Shown here: positions 1 to 12,229 of the stretch, one piece after another
Numbering within the stretch: the stretch's first letter is position 1
Layout of the letters: each line of letters opens with the position of its first letter
Assembly: GCA_973895155.1 (NCBI GenBank)
Contig: OZ316897.1
Span: 5,965,327 to 6,029,326, forward strand
Direction: 5' to 3'
Source of the DNA: Marsupella aquatica
Lineage: Eukaryota; Plantae; Marchantiophyta
DNA: 64,000 nt
Made by a program: the position numbers and the translations under genes
The notes under the pieces: generated by a model
Seen by the model: the letters and a program-made list of their open reading frames with translations, nothing else
What the model was told of the DNA's origin: nothing
Database searches by the model: none

Positions 1-70
1 TCCACCAACACTCAACGCTGGAAAAACCGTCATGAAATCCCGTCACGAACACATGTCACCTCCCAAGCAT

Positions 71-82
71 GCTCTGATACCA
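71..82 (-). promoter_or_regulatory. Primer-binding site (tRNA-iMet type) of a Ty1/copia element running off the left edge
   Basis: gctctgatacca = reverse complement of TGGTATCAGAGC, 2 nt from the LTR end at 85. Confidence 0.9.
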
Positions 83-84
83 AT

Positions 85-577
85 TGTTGAGCATAGACGA
101 CGATCGCAACGGCAAGCCCATGAACCATCCAACGCACAATAGTCGACACAAGAGATACGTGGTTCACCTCCTTGAGGCTACGTCCACGGGAACACACAAG
201 AGAGCTTTACTGAACTCTAAGCCCGTCGGCTATACCGAGTCTCCACAGTGTAAGCTCTCCCTATCTCTCAAGTGGCTCCATAACAATGAGCCTTGGTTCT
301 ACCTCTCCAAGCACACATGCCTCTTATGATATAGTGTGCAACTTAGTTGTACCTAACCACATAGTTGTACCTAATCACGTAGTTGTACCTAACCACATAG
401 TTGTACATAATCACGTAGTTGTACCTAACCACATAGTTGTACCTAATCACGTAGTTGTACCTAACCACATAGTTGTACCTAATCACGTAGTTGTACCTAA
501 CCATGTAGTTGTACCAACCCATGTTGTTGTACCAACCACGTCATACCTAACCTAGACGTAAGAGTAAATACCCAACA
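85..577 (-). mobile_element. 5' LTR of a Ty1/copia retrotransposon, related to the LTR at 42373-42716
   Basis: TGTTG...CAACA inverted termini; adjacent PBS; first ~220 bp align by eye with 42373-42590. Confidence 0.85.
344..540. repeat. 18-bp tandem array (~11 units) inside the LTR
   Basis: alternating tagttgtacctaaccaca / tagttgtacctaatcacg units (36-bp higher-order dimer). Confidence 0.95.
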
Positions 578-3500
578 GATGTGGGAAGTCGATCCAAGAA
601 AATGAAGCAAGTTTAGTGGTAGGGAATTTTTGAGAGGGCAGAGATGAAGCTGAGATTGGGAGGAAAAAGAGATCGGGCTAAGGAAAAGCAAAGGGAACGA
701 TGACTTAAGAAGATTGAGAAAAATGATGTTGACAGTGCTGCTTAAGGAAGTCGATTGAGAAATCTGGGAGTTAAAAATTGAAAAAAGATTGGGAGTTCAG
801 GAGGATGAGTGAACGTTGCCGAACATTTCTGTTGGAGTAAGCAAGAAGAAGAGTCAAGGGAAACCGGCAACAGAAGACAAAGTTTCATGAAAAAGCTTAG
901 AATAAGAATGGCAAATACTTGAAAGGATGATTGTAAGGTGGATAACCGCTTAAAAGTTTTACTTGTAGAAAGTGGATTGGTGATAGGAAAAGTGAAATAA
1001 CTTGGAGTACTTAGTTTAACTAGAGGAAGAAAGGAAATACAGCAGAATGGCCGGGAGGAATTATTTTTTGTTGTGGGATTGGAAGAACGAGGAGAGGAAG
1101 AAGAAAGGGCAAGAGGAAGAGAGCAAGAGAAACGAATATGTGAAAGAAGCTCATCGGAGATTGAAGCTATGTTTGAAGTGCCTAGGGGAAACCATTGATG
1201 ACCTCTAGACCGAGACCTGACCTAACCTGATGACCTGAGTGAACTGGATTTAGCATGGAAATCCGAGCTAGAGGACGGGAAATCAAAGAAAACTCTTTGT
1301 AACTTCAAACCAAAACTTTTTTTAAATAAAAGACACAATTAAGAAGTTTGGGATTACTTTTTGACGTGGCAATAATGAGTTGTGTAATACACTAGATTAG
1401 TTCAAAATCAAAAAGAGTATGTAGTATTGCACTAAGGACATAAATCAGCATTTAATGCCCAAAACTCGGTATTCGATCTCATGAAAGAACAAGTAAGGAA
1501 TGATTTTCTATCGTTTAACACTTATGAATGACTAAGGTAACAAAAACACAGGTTTGAGCCTTTTACTATGATTGCTCAGCAAGGCATAGATTTGAATGTT
1601 TGCTTAACATTATAAATGCAATTAATAAAATAGAAACAAATAACAAAACACAATAAAATCTTGAGGATGATGAGGGGGTCTGGAAAACACCAAGGTAACT
1701 TCTCAACAACACTTCATTTGATGTGATTTGAGTGGTATATCTGTAAGAACATTTCTGGAATAGTTTACTGTACTAGGATGATTACTAAAATGCCGTCAAC
1801 ACGTCTCAACTTTTCCTTCCAAAGGTACTCAGAAGAAACTAGTAATCAATCACTTCGATATCCAGTAGGTACTCTGAGTCACGAATAATAAACACCATCA
1901 TGATCAAATTGAAGTCACAGGTAATTGGTGAGTAACAATCTTTGCATCCCATGCACAAGCAATGTCACGCCAAAAACTATGCATCAAGAACTCAAGAAGA
2001 TGGGTTGTCACCACTTAAGGAATCTATTCCCTCATACTTTTGAGATTCAACTTCATACAAGTAATTTTACTTCAATGATCTAAACTCTCAATCATTCAGA
2101 CCAAGGAAGGGAGAAGAATTCTTTCTGCATTTGTAAGCTCCATAAAAAAACAACATGAAAGCTTTACTTTGCAAAGGTGATTCAATGCTGCAACACATGC
2201 CACAGGCACTACTTTATTTCTTCACACTCGAGAATGACACAAATTCTACTTTATGTAGGCTAGCAGGAACCCAAGGAGACTGAGATACTGAAAAGACATG
2301 CCCTTTCATATCTAAACTTAATTATGGTCATCCTTGAAAAGTAAATGGACACTGCTGAAAGTGTCAAAAATGCAGGGGACGCTTCTCAAAGCGTCGAGGT
2401 TTTTCGGTAAAACTAATAAAGAATGATCTTAATATAATTTTAACTTCTAAACTAAGAGTCGGAATGAATTGAAACTTTTCTAGGGTACTCTACTACATAT
2501 AATCTCTATGTTGACAAAGTTTCAGACTTTTTTGAGACCTCTAAATGTCTCAAATAAATTGGTAAAATCAACGCGGTGTTATAAAAGTGCGAAAATTGAA
2601 AAAAAAATTCTAATTGTCGGGAACATAGTGGACACTTCAGTCAGGCGTCGATACTTGGCAGACGCTTCCGAAAATGTCGCTTCTCATGTGGACGCTTCTC
2701 AAAGCATCGTGGTCTTGGGTGGACGCTTCCGAAAGCGTCCAAAAATACAAAGGACGCTTATCAAAGCGTCGGCGAAGTCGCGGCTATGCGAAAAACAACA
2801 AAACTAAATTAATTCTAACTTTCAAACCACAAGTTGGTTTGAGCTTAAACTTTTAGGGATGATTCTACTACTTAACTACTACCTCCTGAAAAAGTATGAG
2901 ACTTTTCTGATCATGATAACTATTTAATTAAAATAGCAGAGATCGGTTGATTGTGATAATTGCACACACAGCTCATTCTTGCTGAATAAGTGTTTTGGAG
3001 TCCAGTTCTTGAATCTTCTAGCCTGCATTGCTTCTCCAATGATGTCCAGTCTTCTTTCTTGATAGCATGCAAAGAGCAAGGATTTATATTGGCGATCCTT
3101 GTCCAATAGACGAGAAGATAACTTCGATTCGCCAGGCGGGCTTATCTCGTGTGAGTGACACTATTAGAGCTCACGCGGTGCTATTGAGCAGCAAAAAACT
3201 ATTTAGCTCTCAACCGCGTTTTTGTGACATGCTATGGTCTCAACGCTCTCACGAGGTAGTGATGAGTTCTCCACGCTCGGCAATAGTCTCCGATGAAGGA
3301 TAGCATTAGCTAAAGTGTTCAGTTGATCTAAATTGCTACAAAAGGTAACTATACTACACCTTTGAGTTAGAAAAAGTTTAAAATTCATAATTTTTTTATC
3401 ATTTTCAACTAATCTAGTGTATTACAAGTTGTAGATGGACAAAAAATATGTATGAATAAAATTTATAAATGCATTGAGGTGTGAATGAATGAAAATGATG

Positions 3501-3666
3501 ATTGAATGTTTATGATAAGAATGGATTAGTGTACTTTAACTTTGAAAATGAGAACTGAAAAGGATTAAATGGGGTTTAAATAACTTAGAAAACCAAGATA
3601 AGAGGGTCAAGTCCCTAAAAAACATAGAAGTTTAATTTCACACCAATTTAAACTGGTCCCCGGATA
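578..3666 (+). mobile_element. CCGG-site TGT..ACA element, copy 1 (left part cut off by the copia insertion)
   Basis: end aagtccctaaaaa...ggtccccggata|ccgg matches the end of 19021-21404; shared decayed coding block at ~1044-1209. Confidence 0.7.
2348..2770. repeat. Array of 18-bp palindromes GACGCTT-N4-AAGCGTC at ~30-bp pitch
   Basis: units at 2348, 2378, 2631, 2661, 2691, 2722, 2753. Confidence 0.8.
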
Positions 3667-4885
3667 CCGGTAGAGGCAGGGGGACTTTAGGTTTAGAACC
3701 GGGTATCCAAAGGATGTGCAAGAAGTCTCGGCCTTTGAGAATAGAGAGCACCAAGGGGTGGTTGTACGACTAATCTCGTCGGGCGAGTGCAAAGCCGGGC
3801 TTTGTTGTAGTGTACAGTCCACCTCCATTGGGCCTGCTGATACCAAAGAAGTTGAGTCAACCATGTGTATGCGTATGACGGATTCTGAAGTAAAGTCTTT
3901 GCCCCACCATTTCTTTTGTGTAAATCAAGATTGAATCTTGTGAGTCCATTCATAATTTTGCAAGTCTCGTATATGGGTAGAGATGCTTGGCCGAGTGCAT
4001 TATGCAAGCAAGGCATGGGGTGTTCACAACAGCTAGTGACAACATGCCCGGGTTGAAGGCCGTATCATCAGATCCAAATTGGAGATGGACAATACAAAGG
4101 CTTAAAAGTCCTTAAACCCGGATTGATCGTAGCTATTGATAGGATGTATCCTTGGGGAATCACTTAGGCTAAAACTCCTAATACCCAAGTGAACACTTAC
4201 ATGTTACATACCCCTTATTATATTTTCATATGGAAAATTTAAAAGACCCTAGAAAAATACAATAAATAATTTTCAATATATTAAAAACACCTTTGAGTCA
4301 TTTATAAGTATTTTAGAAAAAATCATTGTAAAACCCCTTGTGTCTTTATAAAGTATCATGTATATAGTAAGTCTAAGACATGATCAAGTGCACATTATAG
4401 TTCTTGCTTTGCCATCAATACCATTGTAAAAAATTAAACTACTAATCCATGACCTACACTAAGCAAGTGACACATGGACCAATCCGCTGGAGATGCGTGG
4501 CATACACTATGTGTTAATACCCTTGCATAGAAAATAAAAATAATATTTTGGACCAAATAAAAAAACCCCAGTGTAATTATAAAATGAGGCAAGGAGTTAA
4601 AAAATCACCTTTATTATAAATTTATGATTATAATTTTTAATTGGATAAGATTTTAAATACCCTTCATTTGTTTGCACGTGGTTCTAAGAATCCGGCAAGT
4701 GATTCCCCAGGGGGAGGTATGTGGCGAAAGACAAAGCATACCCAAGATAAGTATTTTATAACTGGCGCTAGTTTCTACAAATAACTACGGATTGGACATC
4801 CCTCCTTGCCCAAACTCTCCATACTAACAAAGTTTATGTCATCCTAAGCTGAAATCCACGCAAGGGCTAATCTTTTGGTGTGACA
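3667..4885 (+). mobile_element. R/U5 part of a Ty3/gypsy LTR (family B-like), probable 5' LTR of the gag-pol remnant that follows
   Basis: 3667-3880 is the reverse-complement homolog of 7880-8095; ends ggtgtgaca (inverse of the B/C terminus tgtcac); gag-like sequence follows. Confidence 0.7.
4152..4711. mobile_element. AT-rich MITE-like insertion within the LTR
   Basis: TIR tggggaatcactt (4153-4165) / aagtgattcccca (4697-4709); TSD not resolved. Confidence 0.55.
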
Positions 4886-4899
4886 CTCTAGCTAGTACA

Positions 4900-5185
4900 T
4901 GCATCTCTCCCACTGTTGATACACTAGTGTATCCTAATATAGTCGATGAGTTCTTTCAAATTCTTGAGTAGAATGTTCAAGTGAAGGACTAAGAGAAGAT
5001 AATGTAGCTTGCTACATTCATGCGGCAGAAGGATGAAACAATTGCTCAAGGTAAAGTAGGATACCAACAGTATCACAGACCAAGAGGCTAAAAACTGTTA
5101 TCTTGATGCAATTGAGAGTAACCCTTCACTCCATTCGTAGGTGCTACATCTGGTTTTTGCAAAACATGGAGAATCTTACACTCTT
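4900..5185 (+). pseudogene. Ty3/gypsy gag remnant, segment 1 (continues at 16780)
   Basis: joined to 16780 through TSD ctctt; decayed gag-like frame. Confidence 0.55.
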
Positions 5186-7428
5186 TGTGGTGCGTCCCAT
5201 GGCTCCCTAAACCCAAGAAACCCCCCTGCACAAGTCGATTCCCATAGGTTTTGCTCTCGGTGAGGCTGGTTCCGCGGTTTGGCGGCATGGGACGTTGCTA
5301 ACCTTCTACTACTAACATTTTACACACATATACTGGACAGATCCTTCATTGGGTCATGAGATACGTAGCCGGCCTATTCTATGCCTTCCCTTCTCTTCCT
5401 CTTGTGGCCTTCCTTTAGGTATGTTTGGATTCCACCGCCGGAATGATCCCCAACTGGCTTGGGTAAGCCGCTAAGACCTCTCTCAGCTTGACACATCCAA
5501 CTCTTACTACCTTGCTTATTCAATTCTCTTGGTTGATGTGGGCAATCTTCAAACAAGTTAATGCGACACACAAATAGCAAAATGACTCCTTCTGATTGAG
5601 TTATACCATGCATTTGCCATACAAACAGTACTTTTCATACACAAGATCTGCGAACTAAGCCGTGAAGCCACCTCTATTCATCTCTTACCAGGCATGAGGA
5701 AACATGAATATACACAAGTGTCACAATATAACTAACCGAGAGCTTCTTTTACTACTTGATCCTAGCCCTGCTAGTGCACTAAAAACTTGCTAAGGAAGAA
5801 GGCCCTAAACTCCCCGCTGCTTGGGTACTTATCCTTGCAGTGGATCCGTCTAATTCCTTGCAGCGTAAGCCTAATCTATCCTAACTGTAATCTACCTATG
5901 TACAGCGAGGCAGGAGCACAAGTGTTGCTCTTACCAGCGGATCCGCAATCCCACTAATCTAAGTGTCAGGGCCGCCTCTTGGCCTGATCCTAAGTCTAAA
6001 CTTGGAGATTTGAGCCCACCCTGCCCACTCACGCCTCCTCCCTCCACGTCCGCCCTCCTTAAAAGGAGTGGCCCTCCACCACCGTCATGGTAGCGGTGGC
6101 TGAACTTCAACGGACGCCCCCAACGCTTCCTCCGCAGCCACTGCCGTAGGTCCATCTTCTGACAGATTACCTGCCCCCCCCACCAAGTCAACTCTCCATC
6201 GGCCTGATTGGGTCCACCCTCGGCTTCAGCCTTAGCATCGGCCACGGCCTCCAATATGGCTACGGCCTCCCCGACATGCTCTAGTGGTGGATCCGGTACC
6301 CCGGCTTCATCACTGATTGTCCTGGCCTTGGCTTTGCTATCCCCGCCTTCTAGGACAGTTGGATCCTCTGCCGTGACTTTGCCTGAGGTTGGTGTCGGGT
6401 TCTCCTCCGTGGTCACGACGGCTTGAGAAGCCGTGTTACTCCCTGACCTAGAAGGTTTTTGCTTCTTCTTCTTCCCTATTTTGGTAGCTGGTCCCTTCCC
6501 CTTGCCACTTACTTCCGGCACCGGTGTGAGTGTCGCAGCTTGTCCTTCAGCCAGTACTACCCCTGGCAACTTGGTTGCCCCACTTGGAGTTGGAACTGAT
6601 GAAACCAAGCATTTAAATATTGCGGCTTGTTTCTTCAGCCGCTCCGTTTGGTTGTCGGCCCGCCGTTGTAAATTCTCCATCTTCCTCATGCTTTCTTCCA
6701 ACTCCTCCTATGTTTCGTCCAGGTCCTTTTGCGCCTCCTCCAGCTCCTTCTAGGCTTCCTCCAATTCCTTCTGGGCTTCCTCCAATCCCTTCTTTAAGGT
6801 AGCCCTCTCCTCCTGGGTTGCTCTCAGCTCCTTGTCGAGCTCCGTCACGACCTCAGACTCCATCTTGTTCATCTTGGCATAAGTCTGATCGAGCTGGTCG
6901 TCTTTCTCATGCAGTTTGGCCTTGAAGCTGGCCGTCAGGGATGCAAGCTCCTGCTGTAGCACAATAATCCCTTGATAGGATCTTCCTAACTCGGCCTCCT
7001 TTTGCTCAAGGGCTCCGCGGATATCCTCGAGCTCCCCCTTCAACGCCCTCTCCCTCCTCTGGGTCTCCGCCATGGCCCAATTGTTGGTTGCTATGTGGGC
7101 CTCCTCTGCGTCTTTCAGCTCTCGCTTCCACTTCTCCCTTTCCTTGACCGCATCGGCCACCTCCCCTTGGGTCCAAGTCAGTTTATCCTTGATAATCTGA
7201 TTATCAGACTGAGCGATATCCAATTGCCCCTGCATGATGTTTAGCTCATGCCGCTTAATCCGCAGCTCATCTTGGGCTTTCTTGGCCGCCTTCAGGTCCT
7301 TTGCCTTGGCTTCTTTCTCTTTAAGTCGTCGGATGACCTCGTCCTTCTTTCTTCTCTCCAAAGCCACCGCTTCTTCCAATCGGCATTTTTCCAACATCTC
7401 TCTCTGGAAAAAAGGTCCCTGCTCCAAC

Positions 7429-10400
7429 TATCACGTCGTAGGCTTCGGCCTTAACTCAGACTTCAGCTTAGACGGGCACATCCCTCATAAATCTGAGGGT
7501 TCGGGCAGGAAGGGAAGCACGTAATGCACCTTATTCTCGTAAACTAGCGCTAAGTGCGCATACTGCTAAATACGGACACCTCCTAGGTATGGTTTGTGTT
7601 CCGCCGCCGGAACGTACCTTAGTCGATAGCAGGATCGACCCCGGCTTAAGGGCTTCTAAGCCTTCGTGCTGTCCGCCTTCAATCCGGATTCGATGATACA
7701 GGTCCTCAACCCGTGCTCGCAACCACTTACCCACAGGCTGCACCCTGTGCATGTCTCGGGTAGTGCGTTCGGCCTGGCGCTGCCACCCATATACGAGAAA
7801 CCCACACACATATGCGCATACATGCATACAATCTTGATTTACACGAAGGAAAATGATGGGAAAGGATTTTACTACAAAGGGAACATATGCGTACACTTAG
7901 TTGACCCGACAACCCTGGAATGAACAGGTTCAAGGCCGAGGGTGCACACTACAACGGAGCCTGGCTCCGCACTCGCCCGACGAGCTTAGTCCTACCCCCT
8001 CCCCTTGGTACTCTTTCATTCCCAGAGGTCGGGACTCCCCGCATATCCCGCGGATGTCCGACTCTGAAACTAAAACCCCCCCTGCCTCTACCAAGGGGTG
8101 CACTAAATACTAAGAGCCGAGGGATGGGGTGTCCTCTCGCTGAAGATTCGCTGACTAAGGTCCTAACTAAGCTGACAGTCAGGCCGGAAAACGGCTGTGT
8201 CTTATTAGAAGATCCTAATCTACGCAGGCTGGATAGCAGGGCAGCGCTGCTGTACCTAAGGCAGGTGCCTGTCCCAAGAGCCTAACTAAGCCAATCCTAA
8301 TCCTAATCTATTCCTACTCCGCCGCTAATGCCTGGCACGCTTGCCAGAGCCGCCCGAATGAGAACGGCCATCCCGTTGCCTTCGAAGCCTGTCATTGTCC
8401 GCTTTGAGGAGCTGGACCTGGTCCAGCAGAGATTCGTTCTCTCGCCTCGCCGCGTCCGTCTCCTCTGCTGCCTCTTGACATGCCTCCTCCAGCTGCTGGG
8501 CGTCGCTCGTCAGTTTAGCCGCCAGCTGGTCCTGCTTCTCGGCCTCGGTTTGGAGCCGCGCCATCTCGGCATGCAGCGTGGCTATCTCCGCCGTGTCCCG
8601 CTGGGCTCGCTCCTCGGCCTCCTCCAGGTCTTTCTGCCAGGTGACAGCTTGTTTCTTCAAACTGTCAATCTGGTTCCAGAGTCATGTAATCTCGGCCTCA
8701 TTCCCAGCTTTGGCCTGTTCGGCTAGGGCGGTAAGAGCGTGCGCCTTTGCTAACAACTCATCGGCGGCTGCAACCTTGGGTCGTAGTTGCAGAAGCTCAG
8801 CCTCTTGAGCCGCCACTTCGTTCTTTAGGTACACGGACTCCACCCGGTACCGCTCTATCCTCTGAAGGGCCTCCGACTGGGCCCGACCTGCCTTTACGGC
8901 GACAACCAACTCCTGATTGAAGAAACAGGCTACCTTCCGGGCCATGAACTCCCCGGTATCCCGGGCAATTTGATGAGAGAAATCTCCCAGAAGCCCGTTC
9001 AGAAACGTACCCTGTACGAAGAGTTCCGGGTGGTCCAAGTTGTGTCTGTCCGGATTTGGGCACGGGCAGACATCAACACGCGCGGGGGCCGGGGCAGTGA
9101 CGTCCAGCCCTGGGGACATAACGTTGGAAGGGGCTGGAGTGTCCTCCTGCAGCAATGTCCGGTTCTCTGGAATTGCCACCAGTGGGTCCTTGGGAGACCC
9201 GGGTTCGGGTAAGACCTCTACCGTACCAACTTCTGTACTTAGCCCGGCTAGTTGGGTCGCATCAACGGTTGCGACAACCGACCCCTCCGGTGCCTCCTCG
9301 GTTACGATTACAGCTATTTGTGGAGGTGGGGTGGGTGAAGCTGGCGTGTCCACTGGACTTTGGGCCTCGGGTTGGGGCTGTCTCTCCAATGCCGGAAAAA
9401 CCCACCTAGCTGGGACCAGCTTTGTAACGTTGATGCGGGGAAGGGTTCGTCGATCAAACCGGGCGTACCACTCAAGAATGATTTTGATGTGGCTAGCGAA
9501 ATACGCCTTCCCGCCAATGTACAGCGTCTTCCTTCGCCGCTCCATCTCTTCATGGAATTTCTTAGCGAAGTACGATGCCCATTTCCTAGGTCGATAGTTC
9601 TTGACCTGGATAACCTGGGCGGCGGAGATCTCCCCCCGGGGTTCCATCATGTGGAGAGCGTACCTTTGGAACTCCAGCCGCTCAGCTATCTCGGGCATGA
9701 GGCAGGTCCTCATCACGAACCCGTTGTCTACTGCTCCCTCTGAGGGAAAACTTGAAGATTGGTACTTGGCCCCCTTGCCCCCGGGAGCCCGTGATTCGAC
9801 TCGATGGTCACCTTCGGGGTAACCCGAAGATCATCTTGAGCCGTTCTTCTGTGAGGGACATATTCCTTCCCCGCAGCCGAGTCTGTTGACGTACGTCGTC
9901 ATAATTCTTGACGAATTCTGTCATGTCCTCCCCGTAGTACCTGCAAGTGTTCTAGGGGAGGGAGGTAAGGTGCTCAAATCCCTGAGTCTTCAGGTACACC
10001 GCATGCTTGGGATGGAGGATGTTGCTGTGAACGTTTTCCCCCATGCGATGCATCGTCACCTTGGCTACGGCTACCATGGCCAACAGTAACCCGGATGCAG
10101 TGGCGGATTCCTTCCTCTTCTTTCCCCGTGACTGACTCGGGGAAGGTGATACTTCCCCATCCTCCCGATCGGGCCTGGGGAGTGCCACTGCCATTGGTAA
10201 CGGGCCCGGGGCGGCCACGGTCACCATGTTGTCTGCTGGGGCCACTCCTGGGGTCAGAGCAGGGGGTGGGGACAATATAGTGTCGGCCCCCCGAGCGCTT
10301 GTTCCTCTGGGCCGCCTGGTCAAGGGTGGGGTAGCCTCGTCGTCATCGCTAAGATCCACAGCGTTGATGACGGAGCGTACCTGTGCTGGCTGGGTGATAG

Positions 10401-11447
10401 GTGGTGGGGTTTGGCTAGGCTGCGGCTGAGGCTGAAGCTGAAGCTGAGCCTGAGGTTGAGGCTGGGGTTGCATGGGCACGGGTACGGGTACGGGCACGGC
10501 TGAGTTGGTCATGTTGGTTGATGGCCGAGTTCCCATGAAGCTCTACAAGTGCTGGTAGAAGTTCTCCGAAGCGAGTGCGGACGCCCTTGTCGAACGGTTG
10601 GTACTGGACTCACCGTTAATGACAGCCCGAACCCGGGCAGGGATGTGGTCGAAGTGATGTCGCTGCAGGTCGATTGTACCCGGGATATTGAAGACCTCGT
10701 CCGGAAGCCAAAGCAATGCTTCCCAGAACCTGATATATTTGTCTCCGTTGAAGAAGTACCCAGATACCTCTGCTGGTCGGTAAAGCTCGCTCTGAGACGG
10801 GTAGTCAAAGTTAAGGACGTAGTGGTGTCGTCCTGCTAGGCGGATGGCTCTCTCGTATTCGCGTTCGATTTTGTATCGGCGCGGGTTGGCGTGTTTCAAT
10901 GAATCGGCCAAGTGCCTTCTGGTAGATAGGAACTGCGTCCAGAATCGAATGGCCGAGCTGGAGAGGATCGTGTGCGACATTCAGAGGAGATAGTAGTGGC
11001 GACCTAGAGAGAACGAGAGAGCTGGGGTCGAAGCTGGTGCGCGGACTGATGGACTGGTGCACTACAAAGGGTTGGCTCCCCTTTTATACTTTGAGGGCTT
11101 GTTGATCCCTGACGTCTCCTCGACGCCCATAGGCTGAACCGCTCACGCTTGTGGTGTACCAGCCACTCCGCCGGTCTGAGTCAGCGTGCGTCAGTGGCCG
11201 CTTCCTTAAGTTCGTGATACGGACCCGAGGGAGGGGCCCTTCCACGCTCGTAACCCGGTTGTGCAAATAGCGACCCGCCGCCAGTCCGAACCTGAAAGTC
11301 CCCCTTATTGCCTAATGATGTCCTACCCCTAATGATTACCTAAATACTATCGTTATGCTAATAATAGTGGCCTAAGACCCACCTAACGCGCATGCCAAGC
11401 GCAGTTAGACTGAATCACTCATTAACCGCCGTACCGGCGGCGTCACA
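7429..11447 (-). mobile_element. Family B solo LTR (4019 bp) carrying a long ORF
   Basis: T(A)TCACG...CGTCACA termini; 5-bp TSD ccaac (7424-7428 / 11448-11452); the interrupted A ORF resumes exactly; no gag/pol motifs seen. Confidence 0.85.
8325..10980 (-). pseudogene. Family B U3 ORF (~880 aa if rejoined): Pro/Gln-rich linker, accessory domain, C-terminal coiled coil
   Basis: ORF pieces 10543-10980, 9952-10536, 8682-9716 and 8325-8660 separated by isolated stops/frameshifts; TATAAAAG at 11081-11088. Confidence 0.7.
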
Positions 11448-12229
11448 CCAACTCCTCCCCAAGATGCTGAGCACAAGTTCTCCACACATCTCCCCGTACT
11501 CCATGGCTCTTTCTTTAGCATAGGTGGAGTGAGTAGTAGTCATCAGCATCAACCACCGCGGCCTTTGTTCCCAAGCCGCCTTCCTTATTTCTTCTATCGT
11601 GGCTGGAGGGTTGCTCCGTCTTTTTGCAAGCCGCCAGATGTCCTCTGGCCAATCTCCCCTAGGTAAATCCTTTTCCCTAGCCAAGGCTGCCTCCTCTGCT
11701 TTCCTGAGTTGATCTTGAAACTCTTGTGCCATCTGTTTTATCCCGTCAAAGCTCGAGGGAGCGACATCTGGTGGGGGAGACTTTGGGCTGCTCTGCTGGG
11801 TGGGGTCCCCTCGAACTACTCTTGGAAGTGTGGGGATGAAACGGCCATAGGTCCTTACTCCTGGGACATGATGGTCCAACCCGTAGTTGGAGTCATTGTT
11901 GCCATAGTCCTCCACCACCTCCTCCCCGACTTGGACTACCGATTCCTCCCACTGCTCTCCTTGTCTTGTTGTGAACACGGCCTCCTGCCGATCATAACTC
12001 ACAAGTCCTAGTTCCTCCTCTGGCTTCCAGGCTGTCTTCTCCCTCTGTTTACCGTGAACAAGAGCTTTAGGTTGCTCTTCCTCGGCTTCAGGACTCGAGG
12101 CTCCTACATACATTCGAACCCCCGACTCGTGTTCCGGCCTCCTTCTTTCCTTGGCTCCGGTAAAGGGGTTTTCCCTCATGAGTCAGTTTAGGCCAACTTT
12201 TGGGGCAGTGTCCTGTACCGGTGCCATTG

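Noticed and set aside
286-555. 89-aa ORF with (VVPNH)n repeats
   Set aside because: Translation of the 18-bp LTR minisatellite
2631-2770. CRISPR-like palindromic repeat-spacer array
   Set aside because: Eukaryotic TE context, degenerate 18-bp repeats, ~12-nt spacers and no cas genes
6750-7427. Coiled-coil ORFs (also 21469-22539, 8325-8660) as host SMC/myosin-like genes
   Set aside because: They lie inside TSD-bounded multi-copy elements, with copy-specific stops
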